64,000 nt of DNA from Rhizodiscina lignyota. Lineage: Eukaryota. Made by a program: the position numbers and the translations under genes. This document shows, piece by piece, positions 36,345 through 48,058 of the stretch. The stretch covers positions 620,001-684,000 of the forward strand of contig ML978123.1 in assembly GCA_010015805.1 (NCBI GenBank). Reading direction: 5' to 3'. Position 1 is the first letter of the stretch, and every line of letters starts with the position of its first letter. The notes beneath the pieces are model-generated. The model was not told where the DNA came from. It searched no databases and saw only the letters and a list, made by a program, of their open reading frames with translations.

Positions 36345-37040
36345 CATTTTTGATCAAGTCGCACAACGTACTCGCACACCTGAAATGACGAGCTCTCTGA
36401 AAATGAGGAGACATACAGAAATACATATACTTAGCCTGCACGGCAGTTCTCCAAGTTGCCATGACAAACGTAACCAGCGAAGAGAAGATCGACGTCATGG
36501 TCAGCAGTAGCACTTCCGCTTCTCGGGAAGGAGTTCAGGATTTCTTTCTCAACCAAGACATTTCAAGCGAGACGACAGCAATTGCGGGGTGAAAGATTCG
36601 GCGCGCCGTGGGAAGATCATCCGGAGCCAGCCACGCGGTGGAGAAGATGCAGGAGAACGGACGAGTAGCCTCGTGTTCGGCGGGAGCTTGGGCCAGGGTC
36701 GTTCAATCTGGGGAAATGCTTCCACGACTGACGATTGGGCGTTTGATGCGGTGGTTACTCCGTAGAATGTGGGAGTTGTCACTGGGTTCACGCCAAGCAG
36801 GAGAGTGTGTCTGCTGAAAATGGCGAGGGGGAAAGGTTGAGACGAAATCTGCTGCCGCCCCTGAGAACCCCCAGATTTCCGAGGGCCCTTCCCTGACCCG
36901 AGTCAGGTCCCAGTGTTGACGCCAAGCCTATGACGCAAGGAAGTCGACATCGAAACATTTCTCCAGCTATAATACTCAAAGACTGGGCCTCTCTCAATTG
37001 ACGATCTAATTGAACTTCATTCGTCTTGATATTAGCAACA

Positions 37041-37765
37041 ATGGCTGACCACAATCTCTTCTATCACGAGAAGGTGCCCGTGGGCATTCGCATAGCCGGA
37101 ACAGTAGGAATCACCGCTGCAGCATTCCTCGCCGGTCAGTTCCAAGATTCTAATTGTCATTTCACACTTATGTGGAAAACCCTGCTAACTCCTGTATTCA
37201 TTTAGGCCAAAGTGCTTCAAGCTCCTATATCGCGACTCCTGCGCTGCTTCAAGCTCCAGCTCCGTACGTCTTGGATGGCCAGCTCCTTCCCCAACCCAGC
37301 TAACAGCCAATCTTTAACAGCCTTCTTGCAAAACAATGGAAGACAATGTGGCTCCGTGGCCGCCCAACTGGCGTCCTCTTCCTCGCCATCGGTGCTATCT
37401 TCGGTGGCCTTGCCTACCGTGAGCAACCCAGCAGCTCCGCCTTCAAGCTCTACGTGACTTCCGCCGCCCTCATCACCAGCGCTGTCCCGTACACCCTTGC
37501 ACTCATGGGCCCCACAAACAAGGCGCTGAATGAGAAGGCGGAGAGCCTTGCGTCTGCTTCTATCACGGACGCTGCGGCGGAGGCTGGCGTTGAGAAGGAA
37601 CAGACGACACATGCGCTTGTGGACCGGTGGGCGATGTTGAACTTGGGTAGGGCTCTTATTGCGGCCACATCGGCAATGGTGGCGCTGTGGGCCAACGTTT
37701 CCGCGATAGAGGTGGTTGAATTTGGAAAGGTTGGTTTGACAGCTGGGGCGAATAGAATGGGATGA
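37041..37765 (+). CDS. DUF1772 / anthrone-oxygenase-like small membrane protein; introns 37135-37205 and 37264-37320
   Basis: Spliced product has TPALLQAP..LLAKQW, VPYTLALMGPTN..L and LVDRWAMLNLGRA, typical of fungal DUF1772. Confidence 0.8.
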
Positions 37766-37931
37766 ATGGAGAAACGTGCACAGACAGGAAATTGAGGAAG
37801 GAAGCATGGCATAGTAAAAAGAGAGAAGATCGCCTCCAGGCCTCAAAACATAGAGGAGAGTAATCCACATCATGCAGTAAACATAAATCAAATTGCTGCT
37901 GTATTATAGCAGGACATGGACTATCTATAAT

Positions 37932-38548
37932 CTATAATCGCGCTCCCAGAGTGAAACCGTAAGCGACCATTGCAACAAACCCAGAGAGATTCACAAGGGT
38001 TGAAGCTCCATGCAACCGCATGAACGACTTGTTCAGCTTCTGCATCTCTGGCGACTGTGGCCCCTTGTCATGCGCTTTCTTACCGTCGCGCGTTTCTACC
38101 GAGAGATATGAGCACGAATCATACTGCAGAGCACTTTTGCTCAACAAGCAAAATACTTACCCTGATGCTTCCTTTCCCTCATAACTCTTGTAGTCTCCGG
38201 ACCAATCCAGAGCCAGTTCGCCAATCCAGTGACCAGCATCACTCCAATCGGCACGGCCACACTCCACCTATTCTCCTCCCTCAAAATGTATCCCAGATGC
38301 CAAGCACTGCTTGTTACAGAGTCCAGCCTAGCCCCAGGATATGTAAGTGCCATAGCGACGGGAAGGAACGATTGCATCGCGAAGAAGGTCGGAAAGGTGG
38401 CTTGCTGGAGCTGCGAGAAGGAGCTGCGCGGCAGCACCCTGAAGGCGATTATGCCGCCTATGAAAGACTGGAATAGAGTGCTGCCGAGGAGCGTGCCATA
38501 GGATAGAAGGTGGTAGGGGCCAGGAGCGAGTAGGAATTGGAAGGACAT
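37932..38548 (-). CDS. TMEM205 / DUF4149 family membrane protein; intron 38096-38160
   Basis: HLLSYGTLLG...FQSFIGGIIAFRVLPR..F..LQ...FP.FF, NWLWIGPET and LNKSFMRLHGAS.LVNL. Confidence 0.85.
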
Positions 38549-38945
38549 GGCGACGATAGTGGGCCTGTCAGACCGGGCAGTTCAAGTGGGTATGGCCGAT
38601 AGAGAAATCTCCGAGTGGAGAAACAGCAACTGAATGAATTGAGAACCTAGTTTGCGTTAAATTTCAGCGTTAGAGACCTTTATGTTTGAGGAGTGGCACA
38701 ACAAAACTGAAAAATAGGCCTCTGGTGATGATGATCTGATCTGATGAGATGAGATGGACCTCGGAAGTGCCGGTGCCTGACGCCTTCGACTTTTCTCCGA
38801 AACACGCCCGCACGTGAGAGCGTGTTGAACCTTTCGCGACACGTCCAAGCGCGTCTGCTGCCTGCTTCAGCCTCAACATATAAAGGTACCAACAGTGCAC
38901 TTCAACATGTAATTCTCCATCAGCGTCATTGAATCAAACTTGAAG

Positions 38946-41239
38946 ATGGCACAAAAGGAGGCTTCAATCTACATCGTCGATGTCGGCAAGTCCATGGGCG
39001 AGAAGCACAATGGCCGTGAAGAGACGGACCTTGACTGGAGCATGCGATACGTTTGGGACAAGATCACCACCGCAGTCTCAACAGGTCGCAAAACGCTTCA
39101 TGCCGGCGTCCTTGGGCTGAGAACCGATGAATCAAACAATCCGTCCGGAGACGAAGAAGGATACAACAACATCTCAATCCTTCAACCAATTGGCCAGGTC
39201 TTGATGTCGCACATCCGAGATTTGAAGGACGTAATCAAGCCAAGCAACACTGAAGAGGGCGATGCCATATCGGCGCTTATTATTGCCATTCAAATGATGG
39301 CAAAGCACTGCAAGCACCTGAAATACGAGAAGCACATCTATCTTGTCACGAATGGCAGAGGCGCGTACGATGACGATCTATCCGACGATATCATAAAGAA
39401 GGTCAAAGAAGATGGCATCCAGCTGACAGTCCTTGGCGTTGATTTTGATGAGGCGGAATACGGCTTCAAGGAAGAGAACAAGGACGTACAGAAGGCCGAA
39501 AACGAGAATATACTCCGAAACATCACTGAAGGCTGTGGCGGCGCTTTTGGCACGATGGAGGAAGCCATATCACAACTTGGCATACCACGAGTCAAATCGA
39601 CCAGGCCAACACCTTTGTACAAGGGTGTGCTCACTCTTGGAGACCCGCAGAAATACGATACAGCCATATCAATCGATGTGCAGCGCTATGCTCGAGTACG
39701 AGTGGCCAGGCCACCAACGTCCAGTGCCTTCGTGGTACGACAAAACATGGCGCCCGGGGAGTCTCAAGCGCAGTCTTCAGTGACTATGGGAAATGGTGAT
39801 GCGAATGGAGATGTACAGATGACTGACGCAGACGGTCTCGTAGCTGTGAAAAACGCGAGGACATATGAAGTTGAAGATAAGGAAGCACCGGGTGGGAAGA
39901 AGGACGTCGCTTTCGACGACCTCGCGAAAGGATACGAGTATGGCAGGACGGCTGTAGCCATCAGCGAGTCAGATATGAATGTGACGGAGCTGGAAACGTT
40001 TCAATGCTTGGATATCATTGGGTTCATCCCTCGTGACAAGGTTCGTCTTCTGATCACTCGTTGTTTTACCCACAAGGCTAAGAGTAACAGTATGAGCGCT
40101 ACTTCTCCATGTCCGAAACCAACATTATCATACCCAACCCGATCAACTCGAAAGCAGCAATGGCTCTCTCGTCTCTCATCCACGCTCTTTGGGAAGTCGA
40201 CTCTTACGCGATAGCCCGATTCGTCCGAAAGGACAACACGCACCCTCTCATCCTCCTTCTTATGCCTTATTTTGAAGTTCAAGAGGATAAAAAGAAATTT
40301 GAATGCCTGGTTGATGTCGAACTTCCCTTCGCCGAGGACTTGCGACAGTACAAGTTCCCACCCCTTGATCGAGTCGTAACAGTCTCCGGCAAGAGCCTAA
40401 CCCAGCATCGCAACTTGCCCAGCGAAGGACTACGAGATGCAATGGACTCCTACGTCGATGCCATGGACCTCTCGAAATTTGACACAGACGACGAAGGCAA
40501 ACCGGCCGAATACGCCGCCATTGAAGACACCTACTCCCCCATCTTTCATTATATTAACCAAGCCATCCGTTTGCACGCCATTCATCCGGAGGACCCCATC
40601 CCTGCGCCCTACGACATCCTAACGAAATACTCTCACCCACCAGTTGAACTACTAGAGAAAGCACAGAGCCATCTCGGGGCGCTCAAGAAAGCCGCAGACG
40701 TCAAGCCCGTGCCGAAGAAGCCCAAATACGGGCGCGGCCGCAAGAAGGAGGTGGACAAGCCACAGTCAGGCCTTGATATCGACGCGCTACTACGCGACCC
40801 GAGCGTCAAGCGCCCCAAGATCTCAGCGGAGAACGCGGTGCCAGAGTTCAAGCAGCATATGGCGGCGATCACCACCGACGAGAACGCGGACGCAGACACG
40901 GCAGTGCACTCTGCGGCAAAGGACCTCGCTGAGCAGATGGCGACGCATATTGAGGGCTACATCAAGCACTCGGTCGGCGAGAGCGGGTACGGGCGCGCGA
41001 TCGAGGCGCTGCGCGTCATGCGCGAGGAGCTGATAGATTTGGATGAGCCGGTTGTGTACAATGATGTTTTGCGGAGGCTCAAGGGCAAGATTTTCGACGG
41101 GGAGCTGGGTGGCGATAGGAGGGAGATGTGGTACAAGATCCGCGTCAACAAGGTAGGCATAGTGGATAAGCGGATGCAGCAATTCGCAGATGTGACTGAG
41201 GAAGAGGCCAAAGAATTCATGTTGATGCCGAAGGCTTGA
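38946..41239 (+). CDS. ku80: Ku80, ATP-dependent DNA helicase II subunit 2 (NHEJ); intron 40041-40090
   Basis: vWA N-terminus KEASIYIVDVGKSMG, GDAISAL, LAKGYEYGRTAV, ELPFAEDLRQYKFPPL and a Ku-PK-bind-type C-terminus (EALRVMREEL). Confidence 0.95.
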
Positions 41240-41748
41240 GTGGTCAATCTCGTCCCTTGTGGCGATGCGGAGTACTGCATGTGCGAGGACTTGGATTGCA
41301 TCTGCGAGCGACCCGGCGCGTTGTGTTCTGATGCAACGGTCTTGGAGAGAAGGTAACTGAGACCTTTCGGTCGACATAAGTTTCTGTACTATGCATTAAA
41401 AGCCTCAATGGCTAGGTTAACGCCACCAGTGCTTGAAGAGACAGAGTAGTTATGTTAAGCAAATGCAGGTGTGTATTCTGCAGTTCAAGAAGCACAAGTA
41501 GAAGCGATCATAGCTATCGAACCGCATTCGCCGCAATAACGTGAAGATCGAAAGCAAACCTAGCGACATCCCAGCGCAAAATCGAGAAAATTCCTTCCTT
41601 CGTCAATTATAAAACGTTTAAAGTGTCGGTTTACTGTTTAAGTGTAATTTTTAAGTCGGCTGTGACATTCTTGAGTTGCGTACCGAAAGTAAGGAGGGGG
41701 CAAGTCAAGAGACAAGCCCGATCTAATCAAGGCAGTGACGTTTTGATC

Positions 41749-43928
41749 CTAGGCCTGAATCAACTGAATCTCGTCGTTCTCGAAGAGGCGCATGACAGGC
41801 GTCCTGTTTCGCTACTCGTTAGCTTCCATATCCTCAGGCACAGGCACACGTCATGAGGCCAGTTTCATATGGAACATGTCATTCGTCCACACTTTGCGGC
41901 GGCATGAAGACGATGAGCAGACATAACAGAAACTTACCTGTCCATTTTGTGCGTCGCATGGAAGAAGCAATCTTCTCCATAAGCACAACTCGAGCCCCAG
42001 ACGCACTGATGTCCATAAATGCAGTGTGGATCTCGACAATCCAGTAGATCCGGACAACTCTTTTGTCTCGCTTTGATGCGCAGTGCGGTACGCTCACCCT
42101 CACCCAAGCGAACGCCATGGTCATACTCGCATCCGTACTCGTTGCATTTGCCAATAATATGATAATTATTGCAGACTTTACCGGAACGCTTAATACGCAT
42201 GTCGAGTCCTTCAAAGGATGCTCTGGCTTTGCTGATGGGAACGTCTAGCCTTTGATCGAATGCATTAAGCAGTATGAAAGGACGGTCTCTTCTTGGAGTT
42301 GGAGCAATGGAATAGCTCGATGTTGTTTTGCCTTTGTTGCCAATGGTCGCCCATGTTGACTCTGAGGGGCTGGGCGTCGCTGCAGACTGGGCTGGAGTTA
42401 TTGACCTAGAATCGCATACATGTTAGCATGATTCGAGTTTTGTATATCCAAGAATCCAAGCAAAGAGGACAGAAAGTTGAAGCTCGAAACAGGGCAGTCA
42501 GATATTCGTTCTAGGTCCAATCTGATGATACCACAGCACTATACATGTCATGGGCTTCACTTGCTGTAACGAGTGGTGTCAAAGTCGAATGGATTGAGAT
42601 CAATACTCACCCGTTGGACTGCGTAGATGATACGGACTTTGAACGGCCATTGTTCAGTAGCGGATGAAGAGTAGGAGCAGGATCCGGAGTCCGAGGGACC
42701 AATGGTACGCCTGAAGAAACAGGCGGAGTAGGTAGAATGGGAGGCATTTGTCGCTGAGGAGTGCTCATCAAAGGTGATTGTGTGGCTAGTGTTTGAGACT
42801 TAGGCGGTTGAATCGGGGGTTGTATTGGTGGTTGCATCGATGTTTGAACTGGTAAGGCAATATTCATTGGCTTTGCGGGTAGATGCTCAGAACGGAACAA
42901 CGAAGGACAACGCATAGTTCTGAAGTTGAGGGCGAGAAACCCAGGCTCACTAGGCGTTGTTTCCAGCAAGCTGATTCGGGAATACGTCGCCTGGTCGTAG
43001 CGCCACTGATCCAGGCCTGGAAGATATCCATTGTCGTGGCTAATGCCACCGAGGATGACATGTTTGCATTGTTGATTTGCAATAAATAGTCGTAGCATTT
43101 CTGTGGCTGTATGAGCAGCTTGTTAAGAAAATCAATACACAACTCCAGTCCTACCTTTGATCTTATGGTCCGCTCGCTCCTTTCCGGAGCCTACGTCGAC
43201 AATGTTGAAAAGAGGTTGATTCAAACTGAACGCACGGGCAAAGGCGTACATGTCGGTAACCGACTTGACAATGCCACATGAGTAAAGCTTTTTCGCTAGA
43301 CCTTCTAGGTTGATGAATATCTGAACGCAGACAGCCCATGAGCTGGATGCTGCATAGATGCTTTGCAGATGATTCTTAATTTCCGTATGTAACTTGTGAG
43401 CAGCGTCGGAGCCACCTTCGTTGGCGCTCTGTAGAAGAGCATCTTGAAACTAATAACGGGAGATTAATAATCTTAATGCAGGAAATGATGGAATCATTCG
43501 GCTTACAATAGCGCCATCGCCATCTATAAGTGCCAGAGCAAAGCAATTGTTATTCTGCAACCGTCAATTCATGTCCAATATCCCCCATCGCGTGTGGTTC
43601 GCAGGTCCTGCCAATCGTGACGCACCACATTGCCCTGCAGTATATTCGTCGTCCTCTCCACAACCTCAAATCGTTCTTGCCACGTCCTTCTCGACTGTTT
43701 TTCGTTTTCGAAATCGTGGACGAGGGCTCGATGGGCGATTTGTAGGTCACTATAGCGCTTTACTAGATCCTGAAACGAACATTAGCATTCCGCTCCTGGC
43801 TCTGACGTGAGGCGCAACAGGGCTATGCATACCTGAACGAAGGCATCCCGACGCTCATCGGAATCTTTGAAGGCTCGTAATTGCGCATTGACGTCGCCCA
43901 GGTCGTTAATCGTCGCGTAGCCGTTCAT
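41749..43928 (-). CDS. Coiled-coil + NYN/PIN-like (DUF7923-type) domain + tandem CCCH zinc-finger protein; about six introns, including 43770-43832 and 42406-42610
   Basis: Manual splicing gives ALIDGDGAIFQD, DVGSGKERADHKIK, CKHVILGGISHDNGY, a Pro-rich linker, CNNYHIIGKCNEYGCEYDH, CRDPHCIYGH and CVWGSSCAYGEDCFFH. Confidence 0.8.
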
Positions 43929-44439
43929 GGCTGTCGCAGAGAAGGCAAAGGAACAAGTCGCTGGCGAGACGGTAGCCTAGCTCGTGTGACGCTCTAGAAT
44001 AAGGACACGTCGACGCCGAAATGGCAGAATTAAATTGCGAAGAGACGGCAGTTTCAGAGCATCTACATTCGCGTCCAGATTTGGAGTCAGTGTTCCATCC
44101 GGTTCGTTTGGGGTGTTCGAAGAGTGAGGCGCTGAAGAGGAGCTGGGAGCTCAAGTCACCGCAACAATTTCGACAGGGGTCCCATCTGGAGCTTAGCGCG
44201 CGCCAAGAATTAACTCGAACGTCTGTGCGTTCCTTCCGTGGAACCATAACGTTAACTATGGAGAACATCACGTGATAATGATGAAGTCAGGAGTGATGAC
44301 CGGAAACATTTATTCCACTCCTTCTCATTTGTCCCGTTCATCGAAAGTCGTCTTTCGATCATCTCCACAGCCAGCGTTTTCATTTGTGTGCAAATATCAA
44401 CCTCCAATCTCACGTTCTTTCGTCACACCCTTCTCCACA

Positions 44440-45362
44440 ATGTCATCAGCGAAGAAGCAACGCACTCACCCACAGTATGAACTCCTATACTGGCCAGGCA
44501 TCCCAGGCCGCGGCGAGTATATCCGTCTAGCTTTCGAAGCATCGGGCGTGCCGTTCAAAGATACAGGCAACGAGGCCAAAAATGGCGCCTCCATCGTCGT
44601 GAGTGCGTGCTGCGACAAGAACTCCACAGGAGACAGCGATGGCAACCCACCGTCCTTCGCCCCGCCTGGCCTGCGAGTTCCCGGCGAGGGCAAGGACGGC
44701 AAGACGCTGTTCATCAGCCAGACGCCGAACATCCTGCTGTATCTTGGCCCGAAGCTGGGGCTCGCGGGTGAAGACGAGGTGGACGCGCTGTACGTGAACA
44801 GCCTGACGTTGACGGCGCTGGATTTGAGCAACGAAACGCACGATACGCATCATCCAGTTGCAAGCATGCTGTATTATGAAGGTGACCTTTAAATGATTTC
44901 AGACTGTTCTTAGACCATGCAGCTGATGCCTTTTTGGGCAGACCAAAAGGAAGAGTCCTTGAAGAAGGCCACCGACTTCAGAGAAAACCGCATCCCGAAG
45001 TTCTTCGGGTACTTCGAGCGCGTCCTGAAAGGCAATGAGAAGAAGGGAGGCGAGGGCAAGTACATGGTAGGACCGAAGCTGACGTATGCCGACACGACAC
45101 TTTGGCAGGTGCTCGATGGGTAAGTCAAACCTTTCGTGATAGCATCACTTCTGTAAGATACTGAGTGAGGAACCACAGGCTACACTTCGCGTTCCCAAAT
45201 GAATGCAAGGCGCGGAGTAGCGAGTTCCCAGTGCTGCAGAAGTTCTATCAAAATATGAAGGAAGAGAAGGGCCTGAAGGAGTATATCGAGAGCGGTAGGC
45301 GGCTCGAATTCTCGAATGGCCTGTTCCGTCACTATCCTGAGCTGGACAGACAGGAGAAGTAA
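44440..45362 (+). CDS. Glutathione S-transferase; introns 44882-44941 and 45120-45178
   Basis: YELLYWPGIPGRGEYIRLAFE, PPSFAPP, ISQTPNILLYL, HDTHHP, KFFGYFERVL and LTYADTTLWQVLDGL.FAFP. Confidence 0.9.
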
Positions 45363-46171
45363 GGGAAGTCAGGTAGGAAGAGCACTTAGACCTACAAAAC
45401 GGGTCTCCCCTCATAGCAAAGTGTGGATCACTTAAGGGGCCAGCAAAATCAAGAAACACAAAAAAGTCACAAGGAGTTTCTACTCCATCAACAAATGCAC
45501 GGTGAAGTTATTAGAAGCAGACATCAATTGTCGTTAAGATACATCGTAAAGCCTCTATTTCAGAGGCCCGATCCCCGAGGGGATCGAGTTTTGAAGATCG
45601 AAAGGTAAGGTTTTAAAAGGATTTTATGAAAAGTCCCACGCCCAAAGCAAGTCTCAACCGGAAGAAAGGATCGGGAGACATCCACCCATCTGTGCCCGTT
45701 GCAATCCACCGAATTCCATGACAGCGAGTGACACGCCATGAGAAACAACCGAAAACATTAAAACAAGAAGCATTGGAATTTGTCTTGAAAGACCCCATAG
45801 TTCGCCTTGACATGCATGCATCAATGCTTTGACTCGCTCAGATGAGATCCGATGCTGAATGCGGGCATTACTGTCGTGACCGATTTGTTGATGCTTTGGC
45901 CGTGAAAGATACGTGTCGGAAGCTGGAGTGGCGTTCGTTCGTGTATATGTGCAGAAATGGAGCAAAAGCAAAAACAATCTCCAGCGAGCGACGTGTGGGT
46001 CATTAAAAGTCGTGAATAAAGCAAGTCGTTATTTCCACGGTCCGTTCAGAAGGCGTCCAATCGCGGACATTGGAAACTGGAACCTTTCAAAAACCCTCCC
46101 CCATATAAACCGGAATCCCCGTTTCAAGTCCCACTGTTACAACGATATACACCATTGCCCAAATCCGGGTT

Positions 46172-48058
46172 CTAGTAAGCGTACGTCGTGGATGACCTGG
46201 TCACACCTGGGCGGTCATATCTCTCCTTCTCGTCATAATACCTCTCCCTCTCTCTTCCGCTTCTCATGTACGATTCCTCTGGACTGCGGTCGCGACCTGA
46301 GAACTTGATATCCTTATGCTCGTACTTCTTTCCTACATTGATCTGCTCCTTTTCATAACTCTTCGGTTGCAAGTTATGCCGTTTTGAGTAATCGGAGGGT
46401 ATTTCTCCATATTGCATGTCGCGACTTCTCTCTGACCGACGATTTTCTCGGTCTCGAGCTCGGTCGCGGTCACGTTCTCGCTCAGTATCGGGGGAGCGGT
46501 GAGAATAGGAAGTTGCACGGACAGGAGGTGCGGGATAGTGAGATCCAGAAGGAGCTGGGACTGTGCGCACCGATGCCATTGGAGGTCGATCGGGATCCCG
46601 AGCCGATGTCGCATCACGTCCCCGTCGTCGGTCGCGGTCCTTTTCCCTCTCGCGGTCCTGTGCTGGAGCACGCACTTCGGTCTTGTATGGAGATGACGCG
46701 GTATAATTCTCAGGGGAGACTGTCAGGCGATCGCCATAGTGGTATTGAGTGGTTCGTGGGATCGAAACTGGAGGTGGTCCGGACGCGGGAGGGATGTTGG
46801 GGTGATGTGCGGAAAGGTATGGGTCTTGAGCTGTGCCGTCAGGTGTGACGGGACTTGAGGATGAGTAACCAGAGTCAGGTTGGAGTGTCTCGCCATGTCT
46901 GAGCTTCGAGGATCGAGAAGTGTCTTCTTTCCGGCGGGAAGAAGGAGTTGGCACTTGTGGCACCGACTCTGGCATTGTGTCGGCTCGTCGCATTGATGCA
47001 GGCGGAGCAGGGTACTCGCGGGCTGGTGATTCGGTGACGTCGTGTGAGTAGCTTCGAGGTGGCATTGCTCGCTCGCCCATCATTGCTCTGAGCTTTTCTG
47101 GCGATGTAGCTGACTTTGAGAAAGCAGGAGGAGTAGGCTCGACGATTTCCGGCGAACGACGTCGGGTATCAGTCGGCTTCGCCCGAGAGCGACGTACTTC
47201 GGCGTGCGGATGTCCACTAGACGTCCTCACAGGTGTGGGTCTTGAGCTGCTGTAGCTTTGCTCATCGCGAGCTTGCGCTTGGTAGCGCCGAGCAGTCTCT
47301 GCCATACTCGAGTACTTCTCGTTCCAGTCTCTCGGAGCTTCATACCTTTGAGCAGCCTCGTACAGTTTTCTTGCAGTATCCTGCTTCCGTCGGGCATCTT
47401 CCTCCTTCTGCCTTACGGTATCGTCTCGCCTCCTCCGATCCTCCTCATATTTGTGGACATCTTCCGTGGAAGAGTAGTACTTCCGTTCTCGCGACTCTTT
47501 CACATCCGCCTCTCTCGCTCTTCTTCGCTCCGACCTTGCCTTGTCCTCCTTTTCGGTTCTTCGTTTCTCCTCGGTCTTGACAGTCTGAGGTGACGGGCGA
47601 CGAGTGTACGTATGAGTATCATGTTTTCGCGTCGACGACGACCTGGCGTCGTCATAGTAGTCATCCTCAGCTGCATATTTCGGTACGCGCACTTCGTACT
47701 CCGCATTCCTGGTGGTAAAGCTGGGGTACAATGGAGTTTGCTTCACGTCGTACGCTGAATCCTTTCGTGATGATCCGGCAGGTCTTCGTGCTTCTCTTTG
47801 CATCATCTCCGCCTTGAGCTCGGCCAGGCGCAACCTCGCATCGTAGCGACTTCGCTTCTCGTCATCGCTGAGGATCTCGTACGCCTGCTGGATTTTGTGG
47901 AATTCATCTGCCTTCTGCTGCTTCAATTCTGGATCGGAAACCTTGTCTGGGTGGCACTTGAGGGCGAGTTTTCGGTACGCAGACTTGATCTCGGCAGCGG
48001 TACAGCTCTTGGCTACACCAAGGGCTTCGTAAGGGTCATCTTGGACGGGAGACTCCAT
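46172..48058 (-). CDS. DnaJ (J-domain) protein with long charged low-complexity C-terminus
   Basis: DPYEALGV...[16 protein letters not shown]...[21 protein letters not shown], including the HPD motif. Confidence 0.9.
   Translation of the reverse strand: MESPVQDDPYEALGVAKSCTAAEIKSAYRKLALKCHPDKVSDPELKQQKADEFHKIQQAYEILSDDEKRSRYDARLRLAELKAEMMQREARRPAGSSRKDSAYDVKQTPLYPSFTTRNAEYEVRVPKYAAEDDYYDDARSSSTRKHDTHTYTRRPSPQTVKTEEKRRTEKEDKARSERRRAREADVKESRERKYYSSTEDVHKYEEDRRRRDDTVRQKEEDARRKQDTARKLYEAAQRYEAPRDWNEKYSSMAETARRYQAQARDEQSYSSSRPTPVRTSSGHPHAEVRRSRAKPTDTRRRSPEIVEPTPPAFSKSATSPEKLRAMMGERAMPPRSYSHDVTESPAREYPAPPASMRRADTMPESVPQVPTPSSRRKEDTSRSSKLRHGETLQPDSGYSSSSPVTPDGTAQDPYLSAHHPNIPPASGPPPVSIPRTTQYHYGDRLTVSPENYTASSPYKTEVRAPAQDREREKDRDRRRGRDATSARDPDRPPMASVRTVPAPSGSHYPAPPVRATSYSHRSPDTERERDRDRARDRENRRSERSRDMQYGEIPSDYSKRHNLQPKSYEKEQINVGKKYEHKDIKFSGRDRSPEESYMRSGRERERYYDEKERYDRPGVTRSSTTYAY

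Noticed and set aside
40823..41377. Long antisense ORFs opposite ku80, rps7 (56966-57517), taf11 (59525-60040), mrl1 and others
   Set aside because: These are shadow ORFs caused by codon bias of the real gene on the opposite strand.
41804..42610. Intronic box C/D snoRNAs in the longer CCCH-gene introns
   Set aside because: CTGA boxes are present, but there is no convincing RTGATGA box C on the sense strand and no recognisable rRNA guide.
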